Assembly (NCBI GenBank): GCA_963774025.1
Contig: CAVZDL010000016.1
Span: 10,919-74,918, forward strand
Direction: 5' to 3'
Length of the DNA stretch: 64,000 nucleotides
DNA from: an uncultured Conexibacteraceae bacterium
Lineage (GTDB): Bacteria; Actinomycetota; Thermoleophilia; Solirubrobacterales; Solirubrobacteraceae
Shown piece by piece: positions 54,448 to 63,110 of this stretch; positions within the stretch are counted from its first letter, which is position 1, and the number at the start of each line of letters is the position of its first letter. The notes under the pieces are model-generated. The model made no database searches and was not told the origin of the DNA. It was given only the letters and a program-made list of their open reading frames with translations. Made by a program: the position numbers and the translations under genes.

Positions 54448-56106
54448 TCACTCGAGGACCGTGACCGAGCCAGCGTCGCCGTTGACACGCACGCGGGTCC
54501 CGTCCGGGATCTCCTCGGTCGCGTTCCGTGTTCCAACGACACCCGGAATCCCATATTCGCGCGCCACGATCGCCGGGTGCGACAGCACGCCGCCGCTGTC
54601 GGTGACGATCGCCCCGAGCAGCGGCAGCAGGATGTTGAACGCCTCGCTGGTGGACTCGGTGACAAGCACGTCACCCTTGACGATCCGATCGAATTCGGAC
54701 GGCCCTGCCACGCGGCGAGCTGGGCCCTCATAGACACCGCCGCTGGCAGCCAGGCCGCGCAGCGTCGCACCCTCATGCGCCTCCATCGAAGGCGCGAACA
54801 TCGACATCATCGTGATGCCTGCCGCACGCATCACGCGAGCGGTCGCCGGCGGCAGCCCTGACGGGTCCGGCGGCGGCTGCTCGGGGTCGCCAAGGTGCTG
54901 TGGCGCCTCCTTGGCGGTATGCGCCGTGCGCCAGCGGTGACGCTCCGCCAGCTCATCCGCAGACGGCCCGCCGGCGTTTGAGATCAGCGCTGCCATCTCG
55001 TCGAAGCCCGCGTCGATGAGGTGCTCGCCCTCAGTGATCTGGTTTCGGTCGGCGAGACGCTTGCCCGCGCCGGTCACCGCGCGTCGCATGATTCCCGACG
55101 CCCAGATGTCGCTAAAAACGCCACGCTCGTCACGGATTCGGTACATCAGCCGCGCCTCACCGAGCAGCTCATCGAACTCGTCAGCGTGCTCCGCGGGTAC
55201 CTTCTCACGGATCTCCGCGATCCGTGCGTCGACGTCGAACTCAGCCTTGCCCTCCTCGCTCAACTCGACTGCTGAGCGGATCGCGCGAAGCAGCACGTCG
55301 GGCATCTCCAGGGCGTAGCGACCGGAGATGTCGAAACCGTCCAGCAGGCGATATCCGGTCAGCTCCAGGTATGCGTCGACCGCTGCGCCAGAGTCGTTAT
55401 CGAGCGCCCGAAGCTGACCGAGAATCTCCCCGGGATCTCCGTCGGAGAAGAGCAGTGTCCGAGCAGTCGGATCGGCTGCGAAAGCCCCGATCATCGCGGC
55501 GAGTTCGCCGGACGCCCCGGCGGAGACGGGCGCGCTGCCGCGCATCATGCTGAGCAGCTCGGCAGGCGGCATCCCGGTCCAGTCACCGGCATGGGCCAGC
55601 AGATCGCCAAGGGCAACCATCGCCGCGCCCGTAAAACGCATGTGTTGGTAGATCATCTCCACATGGTGCTCGCGGCAGCGAGTCAGGTACCCGACCAGCT
55701 CGTCGTCGCCGAGCGCGCCAGGATCAACGCCCTGGAGCTCCTTGTGGATCCGAATCGACGCCGGCTTGAAGGTCTCATCCCATTCGCGGAGCTGTTCGCG
55801 CCAGACCTTGTCTGCCCAGACCTCCTCGGCGCGAGCAAACCGCACCGGGATCTGGTCGGGGCCCACCGGCTTCACGGCGTGGTACGCGAAGCCGTTGATG
55901 TACGCGTACTCCATTTCGATCAGCATCCCGTAGTACGCCGTGAACTCGCTGAAACCGCGCCCCATCGCCACGGGGTGGATCTCGGTCCAGTAACGCGTCG
56001 CGGGACGCGGGAAATGAACTGCATCAATGGTCCACGAACCAGCGCCCGGCGCCTCAAACTCAAGCTCAGAAACAGCGTCTGATGTAGCCACTTCCGCCCT
56101 CCCCAC
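54448..56106 (-). CDS. rifampin-phosphotransferase-like central (substrate-binding) domain + PEP-utilising-enzyme mobile (phospho-His swivel) domain
   Basis: 552 aa. The C-terminus DVLVTESTSEAFNILLPLLGAIVTDSGGVLSHPAIVAREYGIPGVVG is a PEP-utiliser swivel domain with its catalytic His. The N-terminal roughly 430 aa is helical (WTIDAVHFPRPATRYW...). Confidence 0.7.
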   Translation of the reverse strand: MGRAEVATSDAVSELEFEAPGAGSWTIDAVHFPRPATRYWTEIHPVAMGRGFSEFTAYYGMLIEMEYAYINGFAYHAVKPVGPDQIPVRFARAEEVWADKVWREQLREWDETFKPASIRIHKELQGVDPGALGDDELVGYLTRCREHHVEMIYQHMRFTGAAMVALGDLLAHAGDWTGMPPAELLSMMRGSAPVSAGASGELAAMIGAFAADPTARTLLFSDGDPGEILGQLRALDNDSGAAVDAYLELTGYRLLDGFDISGRYALEMPDVLLRAIRSAVELSEEGKAEFDVDARIAEIREKVPAEHADEFDELLGEARLMYRIRDERGVFSDIWASGIMRRAVTGAGKRLADRNQITEGEHLIDAGFDEMAALISNAGGPSADELAERHRWRTAHTAKEAPQHLGDPEQPPPDPSGLPPATARVMRAAGITMMSMFAPSMEAHEGATLRGLAASGGVYEGPARRVAGPSEFDRIVKGDVLVTESTSEAFNILLPLLGAIVTDSGGVLSHPAIVAREYGIPGVVGTRNATEEIPDGTRVRVNGDAGSVTVLE

Positions 56107-56282
56107 CCTTGCGGCAGTTTCTTTCGGGCGACTCTACACCGGTCGCTGCCCCATCAGTGCGAGGAAAGAAGCCACCAACGCGAGGGCATTACACCGCCAC
56201 ACTCGCTGCTGGAAACGGACAGATGGAGTCACCGATCAATACGGTGTGGCGTCGCTATTCACGCCTCCGTAGGATTGGCGGC

Positions 56283-56873
56283 ATGATCGAGACGCGACCC
56301 GGCGTGTACTACTGGCAGGCGCCCCACCCCGATTGGGAGCCGAACGACGGCTGGGACGAGCTCGTCACTTCCTACGCGCTCGACGACGGGTCGGGCTTGC
56401 TGGTCATCGATCCGCTGGCACCACCGCCGGACCTGGACGCACGCGCGGCTGAGCGCACCGTCACGGTCATGGTCACCTCCGGATGGCATCGCCGGGATGC
56501 GGACGCGTTCGCAGAGCGCTTCGGCGCCGAGCTGTACGTGCCTACCCCAGACGCCAACCACGCAGAGCCCGGCAAGGGCACGGTCTACACCGGCGGCGCC
56601 TGCCCCGTCGGCGGCGTTCAGGCCTTCACCGGGCTCGAGGACAGCGAGCTTGTCCTGTGGGTGGAGCACCACGGGGCGGTGATCGCAGGCGATACCCTGA
56701 TCGACCGTGGTCAGGGCCTGATCCTGCCTCAGGACTGGGTGGTAAGTCGCAGCGGCGACCCGACGCAGATCCGGACTGCGCTGCTGCCGCTGTTGGAGCT
56801 GCCGGTCGAGGTGGTACTCCCCACGCATGGGTTACCGACCGACCGCGGCGCGCTCGAGCGCGCGCTGGCTTAG
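56283..56873 (+). CDS. hypothetical protein, possibly degenerate MBL-fold
   Basis: Start MIETRPGVYYWQAPHPDW at ATG 56283. Contains LLVIDPL, VTSGWHRRDAD, HHGAVIAGDTL and LPTHG blocks. There is no clean HxHxDH motif. Confidence 0.4.
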   Translation: MIETRPGVYYWQAPHPDWEPNDGWDELVTSYALDDGSGLLVIDPLAPPPDLDARAAERTVTVMVTSGWHRRDADAFAERFGAELYVPTPDANHAEPGKGTVYTGGACPVGGVQAFTGLEDSELVLWVEHHGAVIAGDTLIDRGQGLILPQDWVVSRSGDPTQIRTALLPLLELPVEVVLPTHGLPTDRGALERALA

Positions 56874-56907
56874 CCGTAGGCCGGCGGTTGCCTGGCCGTT
56901 TCGCGGT

Positions 56908-57825
56908 TCAAAGCCCACCTAACGATGCTGTCATCGCCGGCAGCACGGTACCGCAGCCGGTCAGGTCATACCCGCCCATCCGCCTTACCTTGCCCGCGAA
57001 GCTACTGCTCCTCAGCAGGTTGCCAAGCATTTGGAATGCTGGGTGGCGTTGCCAGCGGCGGTCGAGCCAGATTTCAACCGTATGGAGCTCGAGCGGGACG
57101 AAACGGAGCCCATTCATCAGCGCGGCGCCCTCCGTGGTGATCGCCGCACACCCCAGCACCGCAGCCGCCCGGGCGGCGTCGACATGCCCTGAGGTCACCA
57201 CTCCTCCTGGCAGCTCGTGACCGAGTGTGTTCACGGCCCGTCGTAGCGCCTGCTGACTGGCGGCGCTCTCCTGACGTTGCACGATCAGCACCTTGTGTTC
57301 GAGACACGCCGCCAACGTCCGCGCCTGCAGACCTCGCGCAAGTCCGAGCCCCACCTGCCAGCGGGCCAGCTGTAACCGAATCACATCCACCGGCGTTTGC
57401 GGCAAGTGCTCGGCCCGCCCGTGGACGACGGCAGCATGCACGCCGCCGTCGTGCAACGACCGCAGCGCGACACCTGTGGTGGCGTCCAGAGCCAGCAGCG
57501 TGGCCGGCCCTTCGCCGGCAGACATCGCCTCAGCGATGGCCAATGCGGGATCGCACCCCGCGACAACAAACACGCCGGCGCGCCAGTGAGTCGGCCTGCT
57601 CGCCACTACACCGTTGCCGCGCCGTCCTGGCGCTGCCTCAAACAAATCCTCGGCCGAGCATTCAAGCGCCTGCGCCAGGCGCAGAGCGGCATCCACCGCA
57701 GGGGTGTTGACGCCCGCTTCAACGGCCGCGACCAGCTGGCGGCTGACCCTGGCTGAGGTCGCCAGCTCTGTCTGTGTGAGCCCAAGCTGCACGCGGCGGC
57801 GGTGCAGCGAACTGTCGTGCGCCAT
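56908..57825 (-). CDS. XRE-type HTH regulator fused to a periplasmic-binding-protein-like (PBP) sensor domain
   Basis: N-terminal LGLTQTELATSARVSRQLVAAVEAGVNTPAVDAALRLAQAL, followed by a roughly 230-aa PBP-like body. It is divergent from the binding-protein gene. Confidence 0.7.
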   Translation of the reverse strand: MAHDSSLHRRRVQLGLTQTELATSARVSRQLVAAVEAGVNTPAVDAALRLAQALECSAEDLFEAAPGRRGNGVVASRPTHWRAGVFVVAGCDPALAIAEAMSAGEGPATLLALDATTGVALRSLHDGGVHAAVVHGRAEHLPQTPVDVIRLQLARWQVGLGLARGLQARTLAACLEHKVLIVQRQESAASQQALRRAVNTLGHELPGGVVTSGHVDAARAAAVLGCAAITTEGAALMNGLRFVPLELHTVEIWLDRRWQRHPAFQMLGNLLRSSSFAGKVRRMGGYDLTGCGTVLPAMTASLGGL

Positions 57826-57866
57826 CGTCCGACTATATCTGCCAGGATCCTGGCATCAGACCGCTC

Positions 57867-58808
57867 ATGCACTCAGGAGGAACGATGCGATCAGGATGGA
57901 AAGAGTTTGCGGGCCCGCACCGCATGGGGCTACCGAAGTGCCTGCTTGGCCTTGTGCTCGTCGGGGCGACGCTCGCCTTAACAGTGGCGGCGTCGGCGGC
58001 ATCCGCCCAACGGGTCGCATCGCCGGCCAAGGGATCCGGCGATGTCGACGTTATCTCGGCTGGGTCTCTTCAGACATTGATGGCCAAGATCGCCCCGACG
58101 TTCCAGGCTGCCACCGGTTACAAGCTGGTCGACACCTCCGGCGGATCCTCATCTGACGCAGCCGACATCAAGAATAAGGTCGATGTGGAGGATGTCTTCG
58201 TCAGTGCTTCGCCGGCTGTGGACACCACGCTCGAAGGTAAGAAGAATGGGAGTTGGGTGTCATGGTACGCATCGTTTGCGGCGTCGCCGGAGGTGCTCGG
58301 GTACTACCCGAAGAGCAAGTTCGCCCACGACCTGAAAACGATGCCCTGGTACAAGGTCATCACGATGCCCGGGTTCCGGCTCGGACGGACCAACCCGTCC
58401 CAGGATCCGGGCGGGGTACTGGCTCGCGAGGCGCTGGAGCAGACTGCGACCAAGCAGCATCTCCCAGCGTTGAAGAAGCTTGCGACGGAATCCTCGGACG
58501 AATACTCGGAGGACACCGAGCAGGCCGGGATCCAGAGCGGGCAACTCGACGCTTCGTTCATGTACGAGGCCGATGCCAACTCCCAGAAGAGCCCGTTCGT
58601 CAAGCTGACCGGCGTGAACCTTGCCGGCGACTACACGATCACGATCGTCAAAAACGCGCCTCACCTGGCCGCAGCAGAGGCTTTCATCAAGTTCCTGCTC
58701 GGGTCCAAGGGTCAGGCAGCCATGAAGGCAGACCACTTCAAGATCGTCTCCCCTGCAAAGGCGAAGGGCCCAGGCGTCCCAAGCGCACTGAGCAGCGTCA
58801 TTAAGTAA
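57867..58808 (+). CDS. extracellular solute-binding protein, molybdate/tungstate (ModA/WtpA)-like
   Basis: Signal-like N-terminus (LLGLVLVGATLALTVAASAASA), ISAGSLQTLM...GYKLVDTSGGSS...VFVSAS pattern. The start is uncertain. Confidence 0.6.
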   Translation: MHSGGTMRSGWKEFAGPHRMGLPKCLLGLVLVGATLALTVAASAASAQRVASPAKGSGDVDVISAGSLQTLMAKIAPTFQAATGYKLVDTSGGSSSDAADIKNKVDVEDVFVSASPAVDTTLEGKKNGSWVSWYASFAASPEVLGYYPKSKFAHDLKTMPWYKVITMPGFRLGRTNPSQDPGGVLAREALEQTATKQHLPALKKLATESSDEYSEDTEQAGIQSGQLDASFMYEADANSQKSPFVKLTGVNLAGDYTITIVKNAPHLAAAEAFIKFLLGSKGQAAMKADHFKIVSPAKAKGPGVPSALSSVIK

Positions 58809-58818
58809 CACTGCGCAT

Positions 58819-60708
58819 ATGGACAGCAGGACGCCGCGCTCGCTCCGCTGGCTCGGCGCCCTGCTGATCCTCTATCTGGGGTACCCGCTGGCGGCCTTCG
58901 TCGTCCGCGTCGCCACGGGATCAAACGAGGGTTGGCACGGCGCGGGGCTCTGGTCGGCCCTGTTGGTCTCGGTCACGAGCGCCACCGCATCGCTGCTGAT
59001 CGGGGTGCTGACCGGTATTCCGCTGGCCTATGTACTGGCACGCCGCCGGGGCCGGCTGAGCGGCGCCATCGGCGTGCTCGTCCAGCTGCCACTGGCTGTG
59101 CCGCCACTGATCACCGGGATCATCCTGATCTACATCGTCGGGCCCTACTCGTTCCTCGGCCAGCTGTCTGGAGAGCGTCTCACCGAGACGATCTGGGGGG
59201 TGATCATCGCCCAGTCCTTCACCTCAATTCCGTTCCTGGTGGTCGTGGCCCGCAGCGCCTTCAGGGCAGTCGATCCGTCCCTGGAGGAGGTCGCCGCCAC
59301 CCTCGGTCACGGTCCGCTGGCACGGTTCCTGCGCGTCTCCGTTCCGGCAGCTTCAGATGGAATTCGCACCGGCATGATCCTCATGTGGCTGCGCGCCTTT
59401 GGGGAGTACGGAACGGTCGTTGTACTCGCCTACCACCCCTACAGCCTGCCGGTCTACGTTGACAACCTGTTCTCCTCGGCGCCGCTCTCCCAGGCTGAGG
59501 CGCCGACGGTGCTGGCCTTCGCCGTCGCCGCGTTGGCGATCGCACTCAGCACGATCCGCCACCTGCCCCGCCATCACCGGCTAGCGGTCCCGGCCCCCCT
59601 CGCCCCGGTCGCCACGCTGCCAACTCCCGTTGGCTTCGACATTGACAGCACAGTCGGAACGTTCCGTCTGGAGGTGGCCTATCGCGAGAGCGGCGACCGC
59701 CTCGCAGTCGTGGGGCCGTCGGGCTCGGGCAAATCGCTCACGCTGCGAACAGTGGCAGGGCTGCTCGGATCAGCGGCTGGGAGTGTCACCTACAGCGGTC
59801 TCGAGGTGAGCGACGTCCCGGTCGAGCGTCGGCGGATCGGCTATGTGCCCCAGGGCCTCGGATTGATGCCTGGACGCACCGTCTGGCAGCAGGTGACGTT
59901 CGGTGTCGACGCCGACCACGCCCGTGCCGCCTGGTGGCTTGAAACGCTGCATCTGGATGGCCTCGCCGACCGCTACCCAGAACAGCTGTCCGGTGGCCAG
60001 CGCCAGCGAGTCAGCCTCGCGCGTGCGCTGGCACCCGGTCCGGCCCTGGTCCTCCTCGACGAGCCCTTCTCGGCCCTGGACGCACCGGTCCGTGACGAGT
60101 TACGACGAGAGTTACGTTCGCTGCAGCGCAAGAGCCGCCTGTCGACCGTGCTCGTGACCCACGACCCGGAGGAGGCGGCGATCCTCGCCGACGAGATCCT
60201 GGTCCTCTCCGACGGCTGCGTCCTCCAGGCGGGTCTGGTAGCTGAGGTCTACCGCCATCCGGCTTCCCTTCATGTGGCACAGCTTCTGGGAATCCGTAAC
60301 GTCGGCCGCGGCGTCATCGCTGCCGACGGCACCTTGCTCTGTGGGTCGGTGTCGCTCGCCGTGACAACGCGACTCCCGCCCGGCACCGACGTGTTCTGGA
60401 GCGTGCCCCGCGAACAAGTGGGGGTCATCCCATCCCAGGCTGGGCTTGCGGGCTCGCACACCGCGGCGGGATGGCGTTCAGACGCGGACCGGACGCGTGC
60501 GCATCGTGCCGTCGTCGAGGACCTCATCGACCTCGGCAGTACCGTGGAGATAGCGGTCCGCCTCGAGGGCGGGCCGGAGCTCACATCCCGCAGCACGGAC
60601 CCGACCGTCACGCGGGTCGGCGAAGAATGCCTCGTGCACCTCGGGCCTGAGACCGTCACCATGTGGCCTGCCGCCGCACCGCAGGGTGGCATGCCCATCG
60701 CCACCTGA
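58819..60708 (+). CDS. fused ABC importer permease-ATPase (ModB-ModC-like) with C-terminal TOBE-like region
   Basis: The N-terminal roughly 255 aa is multi-TM with an EAA-like loop (LEEVAATLGHGPLARFLRVSVP). The rest carries Walker A GPSGSGKS, LSGGQRQRVSLARA and LLDEPFSALD. Confidence 0.8.
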   Translation: MDSRTPRSLRWLGALLILYLGYPLAAFVVRVATGSNEGWHGAGLWSALLVSVTSATASLLIGVLTGIPLAYVLARRRGRLSGAIGVLVQLPLAVPPLITGIILIYIVGPYSFLGQLSGERLTETIWGVIIAQSFTSIPFLVVVARSAFRAVDPSLEEVAATLGHGPLARFLRVSVPAASDGIRTGMILMWLRAFGEYGTVVVLAYHPYSLPVYVDNLFSSAPLSQAEAPTVLAFAVAALAIALSTIRHLPRHHRLAVPAPLAPVATLPTPVGFDIDSTVGTFRLEVAYRESGDRLAVVGPSGSGKSLTLRTVAGLLGSAAGSVTYSGLEVSDVPVERRRIGYVPQGLGLMPGRTVWQQVTFGVDADHARAAWWLETLHLDGLADRYPEQLSGGQRQRVSLARALAPGPALVLLDEPFSALDAPVRDELRRELRSLQRKSRLSTVLVTHDPEEAAILADEILVLSDGCVLQAGLVAEVYRHPASLHVAQLLGIRNVGRGVIAADGTLLCGSVSLAVTTRLPPGTDVFWSVPREQVGVIPSQAGLAGSHTAAGWRSDADRTRAHRAVVEDLIDLGSTVEIAVRLEGGPELTSRSTDPTVTRVGEECLVHLGPETVTMWPAAAPQGGMPIAT

Positions 60709-60768
60709 TCGCGGCAGTCGCGGCAGGGCTACCGCGCCCGGTACGCGAGGCTATACTCAGCGACCCAC

Positions 60769-60842
60769 GCGGCTGTAGCTCAGTTGGCTAGAGCGTCTGC
60801 TTGCCATGCAGAAGGTCGAGAGTTCGAGTCTCTTCAGCCGCT
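60769..60842 (+). tRNA. tRNA-Gly (anticodon GCC), CCA not encoded
   Basis: Hand fold: GCGGCTG/CAGCCGC acceptor, anticodon stem TCTGC/GCAGA with loop TTGCCAT, GAGAG/CTCTT T-stem with TTCGAGT loop, and discriminator U73. Confidence 0.8.
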
Positions 60843-60847
60843 TGATC

Positions 60848-60880
60848 GAAAACCCCCGGATTTCCGGGGGTTTTTCTTTT
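60848..60880 (+). terminator. rho-independent (potentially bidirectional) terminator after tRNA-Gly
   Basis: GAAAA-CCCCCGG-ATTT-CCGGGGG-TTTTTCTTTT. Confidence 0.8.
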
Positions 60881-60910
60881 GCGTAGGCGGACTAGGAGGT
60901 TAGAATCTCC

Positions 60911-60949
60911 CGGCGCTACCACTCGGCGCTACCAAACTGCCGGCGCAAC
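60911..60949 (+). repeat. closely spaced direct repeats CGGCGCTACCA x2 plus a degenerate third copy
   Basis: CGGCGCTACCA at 60911-60921 and 60924-60934, and CGGCGCAAC at 60941-60949. Confidence 0.6.
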
Positions 60950-61398
60950 TTGCCACATGCATCAACACCCGGCCGAGCCGGTCGGCGCTCATCGGACCGC
61001 TGTCGCCGAGCTTGACAGTGCGGCATACTTGTTGGCGGCTCGTCGCTTCGAGTCGCCTGAAGGAGATATGGGTCGTGCCACGTCGCTCCGGGGCTCTCAG
61101 CCAAAGGATGCGGATCACTCGAAACAGCCTGAAGGTCGCTACGCAGCGACAACCGACTGGCTCACGCCTTGACCGCGGTCAAGGACTCAGCCACCGGGTG
61201 TCGGTCCCGTGCTGATCGCGCGGCTGCCACCTGAACAGCAATCAGGGGCATCCGCCCGAAACCACAGCACGCGAACCGCCAGGACACCGACAGCCAACCT
61301 CGAGAGTTCCACGGATGAGCCGCCGACTTCATCGGCGGGGGTCAGCCTTGAGGAGTCGTCCGCCCGGCGGGAACGTGCTCGCTCAGGAGAGCAACAGC

Positions 61399-61707
61399 AT
61401 GGACCTCAGCAGCGTCAACCCCAACGCCTACAGTGACCAAGAGCAGTTCCCGATCGGCGATGGTCGGTTCCTGAAGATCCCGACCGTCGCGAAGAGCCAG
61501 TCGCGTACGGCCGCATCGCAGACTCCAGCGCGGCATCGAGATCTTCGAAGACGTCACCCTCAGCGTGCCCGCGCGGAGGCGATGGCGATCGCCGTCGGTC
61601 GGTCGTCGACCCCAGCCAGCTCGCGCAACGACATCGAGCGCAAGCGCTTCTCGGTCCACCGCACCCCCTCCGGCTACACGCTCGTCTCACTCGAAGCGCG
61701 CGTGTGA
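61399..61707 (+). pseudogene. coding region with apparent internal frame changes (unknown function)
   Basis: One frame is open from ATG 61399 (MDLSSVNPNAYSDQEQFPIGDGRFLKIPTVAKSQ...) to TGA 61705-61707 (...NDIERKRFSVHRTPSGYTLVSLEARV*). Between about 61500 and 61580, third-position GC bias moves to the other two frames (VAYGRIADSSA, then LQRGIEIFEDVTLSVPAR). Confidence 0.35.
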
Positions 61708-62411
61708 CAGCCGCCGTGTCCCCCGACGGCGCGAATGGCCGCGGCCGCCTCGAGGTCAAGCTCGGCGGCGGCGAGGTCTGGCCGCTCCCAGAGGAGGACG
61801 ACGCGCTCCCCTCGATGCGCTACCGCACGCGAGACATCGAGCGGATGCGCGCCGCAGTGCGCGACAACGCCCGCCGGATCGGCAGCCCTGGACCTGCGTC
61901 AGTCGATCCGCCAGCACCCGACCGGCGTCTGGAATCCGATCTCCTCGTGCCCGCGTAGGTCACTCGAGGACAACGCAGTACGGAGTGGAGATCGATCCGA
62001 CCGGGTTCGTTGGCCACCGCCGAAGGCTCTACGCGCGTCGTCGCGTGCCTCGAAGGATTGGGCATCGGCTTTGACCAGGTCCTCGCCTACGGTGGGTCCA
62101 CACTCGATCTGGTTCGCCGCGCACGCGCTGGCGTCGCCGGTCGCGTGTCGCTTCAGCCGCGACAACGACGACGCTCACTATGCCATCAAGGTGCTGACGA
62201 TGCCGGCTCACATCATCGTCGGGGTCCTCGACGCGATCACCGGGTGTCCGAGCGGCCGTTCCCGCAGGTCGTCTCGGAGTTCGTCGAGAGCATCCACGAG
62301 CAGCCACGCCCGTGGAACGTTCTCGCCCAGGGCGGTGTCCGTGGCGAGCGGCTCGTCACCGAGCTTGTCGAGGCCAGGCCTCCTGACCCAGGACCAGCGG
62401 CAGCGACGTGA
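61704..62411 (+). pseudogene. coding region starting with GTG overlapping the previous stop (GTGA); best frame changes several times (unknown function)
   Basis: Best-frame segments by eye: VTAAVSPDGANGRGRLEVKLGGGEVWPLPEEDDALPSMRYRTRDIERMRAAVRDNARRIG / ALDLRQSIRQHPTGVWNPISS / QYGVEIDPTGFVGH / VVACLEGLGIGFDQVLAYGGSTLDLV / RDNDDAHYAIKVLTMPAHIIVGVLDAITG / VSERPFPQVVSEFVESIHEQPRPWNVLAQGGVRGERLVTELVEA...*. The clearest break is at the G-run near 62243. Confidence 0.35.
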
Positions 62412-62505
62412 TCGGCCGCGACGATCGTCACGAGACGATCACGTCTCCCGAACGTGATCGCCGGGCGACTTCTGAGCGCCGCGCAGCCATCCGAATGCGC
62501 GCGAC

Positions 62506-63110
62506 GTGGTGCCGCAGGCGATCCTCGAGGACCCGGCGCGACAGCACCTGACCAAGAAGCGCTACGCACAGACCGTCGGCGCGTTGCTGCTCACCGCTCT
62601 ACCCGGCGCGACAGGCGCCAGAAGACGGTCGCCGCGGCCCTCACCAACGAGTTCCAGCCCCCGGCGTTGGCGGCGACGAGGGCTGGCGGGTGCGAGAGGA
62701 CGTCGACATCCCGCAGCTCCTCGACGAGGCACTCACGGCACTCGGCGCCACCCGGGTACGTGGTCGGCCGCCAGCCGCGAGCTGGTCGCCCGGGGAATCA
62801 CCGCGCTCACCGCGCTCGGCCTGGTCTTCTCCGACCAGGGCAGCGCGGTCCAGGAGCGCGCATGGCTGCGCGGCACCGTCGCCAGCGTCGTCAACAAGCT
62901 GGCGCTGTGCGCTGGAGGTCTGAAGGTGATCGCCGAGGCGATCGAGTACATCGAGGGACGTCAGGACCTTCCCCCGCTGCTCTACACCGCCGACGGCGAG
63001 CCCGAGCTCGTCGACGGCGAAGAGTTCCGATTCGTCCCGGAGGGGGGCGCCAACGTCCGGATCCGGGCGCTCGCCTTCCGGGCCGATCGGCCGGATGAGG
63101 ACGACCGACG
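62506..63110 (+). pseudogene. coding region with several apparent frame changes (unknown function)
   Basis: Segments: VVPQAILEDPARQHLTKKRYAQTVGALLLTAL / QKTVAAALTNEFQPPALAATRAGG / VREDVDIPQLLDEALTALGATR / RELVARGITALTALGLVFSDQGSAVQERAWLRGTVASVVNKLALCAGGLKVIAEAIEYIEGRQDLPPLLYTADGEPELVDGEEFRFVPEGGANVRIRALAFRADRPDE. The antisense ORF 62641..63978 looks like a shadow here. Confidence 0.4.

Noticed and set aside
61041-61065. Possible att-like repeat of the tRNA-Gly 3' end (shared TTCGAGTC octamer at about 61047)
   Set aside because: Identity is limited to 8 nt, and the following bases are related to the tRNA only as a reverse complement. This is not a credible direct repeat.
61068-61172. 34-codon ORF (MGRATSLRGSQPKDADHSKQPEGRYAATTDWLTP) after an AAGGAG motif
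   Set aside because: The AAGGAG ends only 2 nt before the ATG, which is too close for a functional SD. Codon bias is weak. It is kept only as part of the non-coding-region finding.
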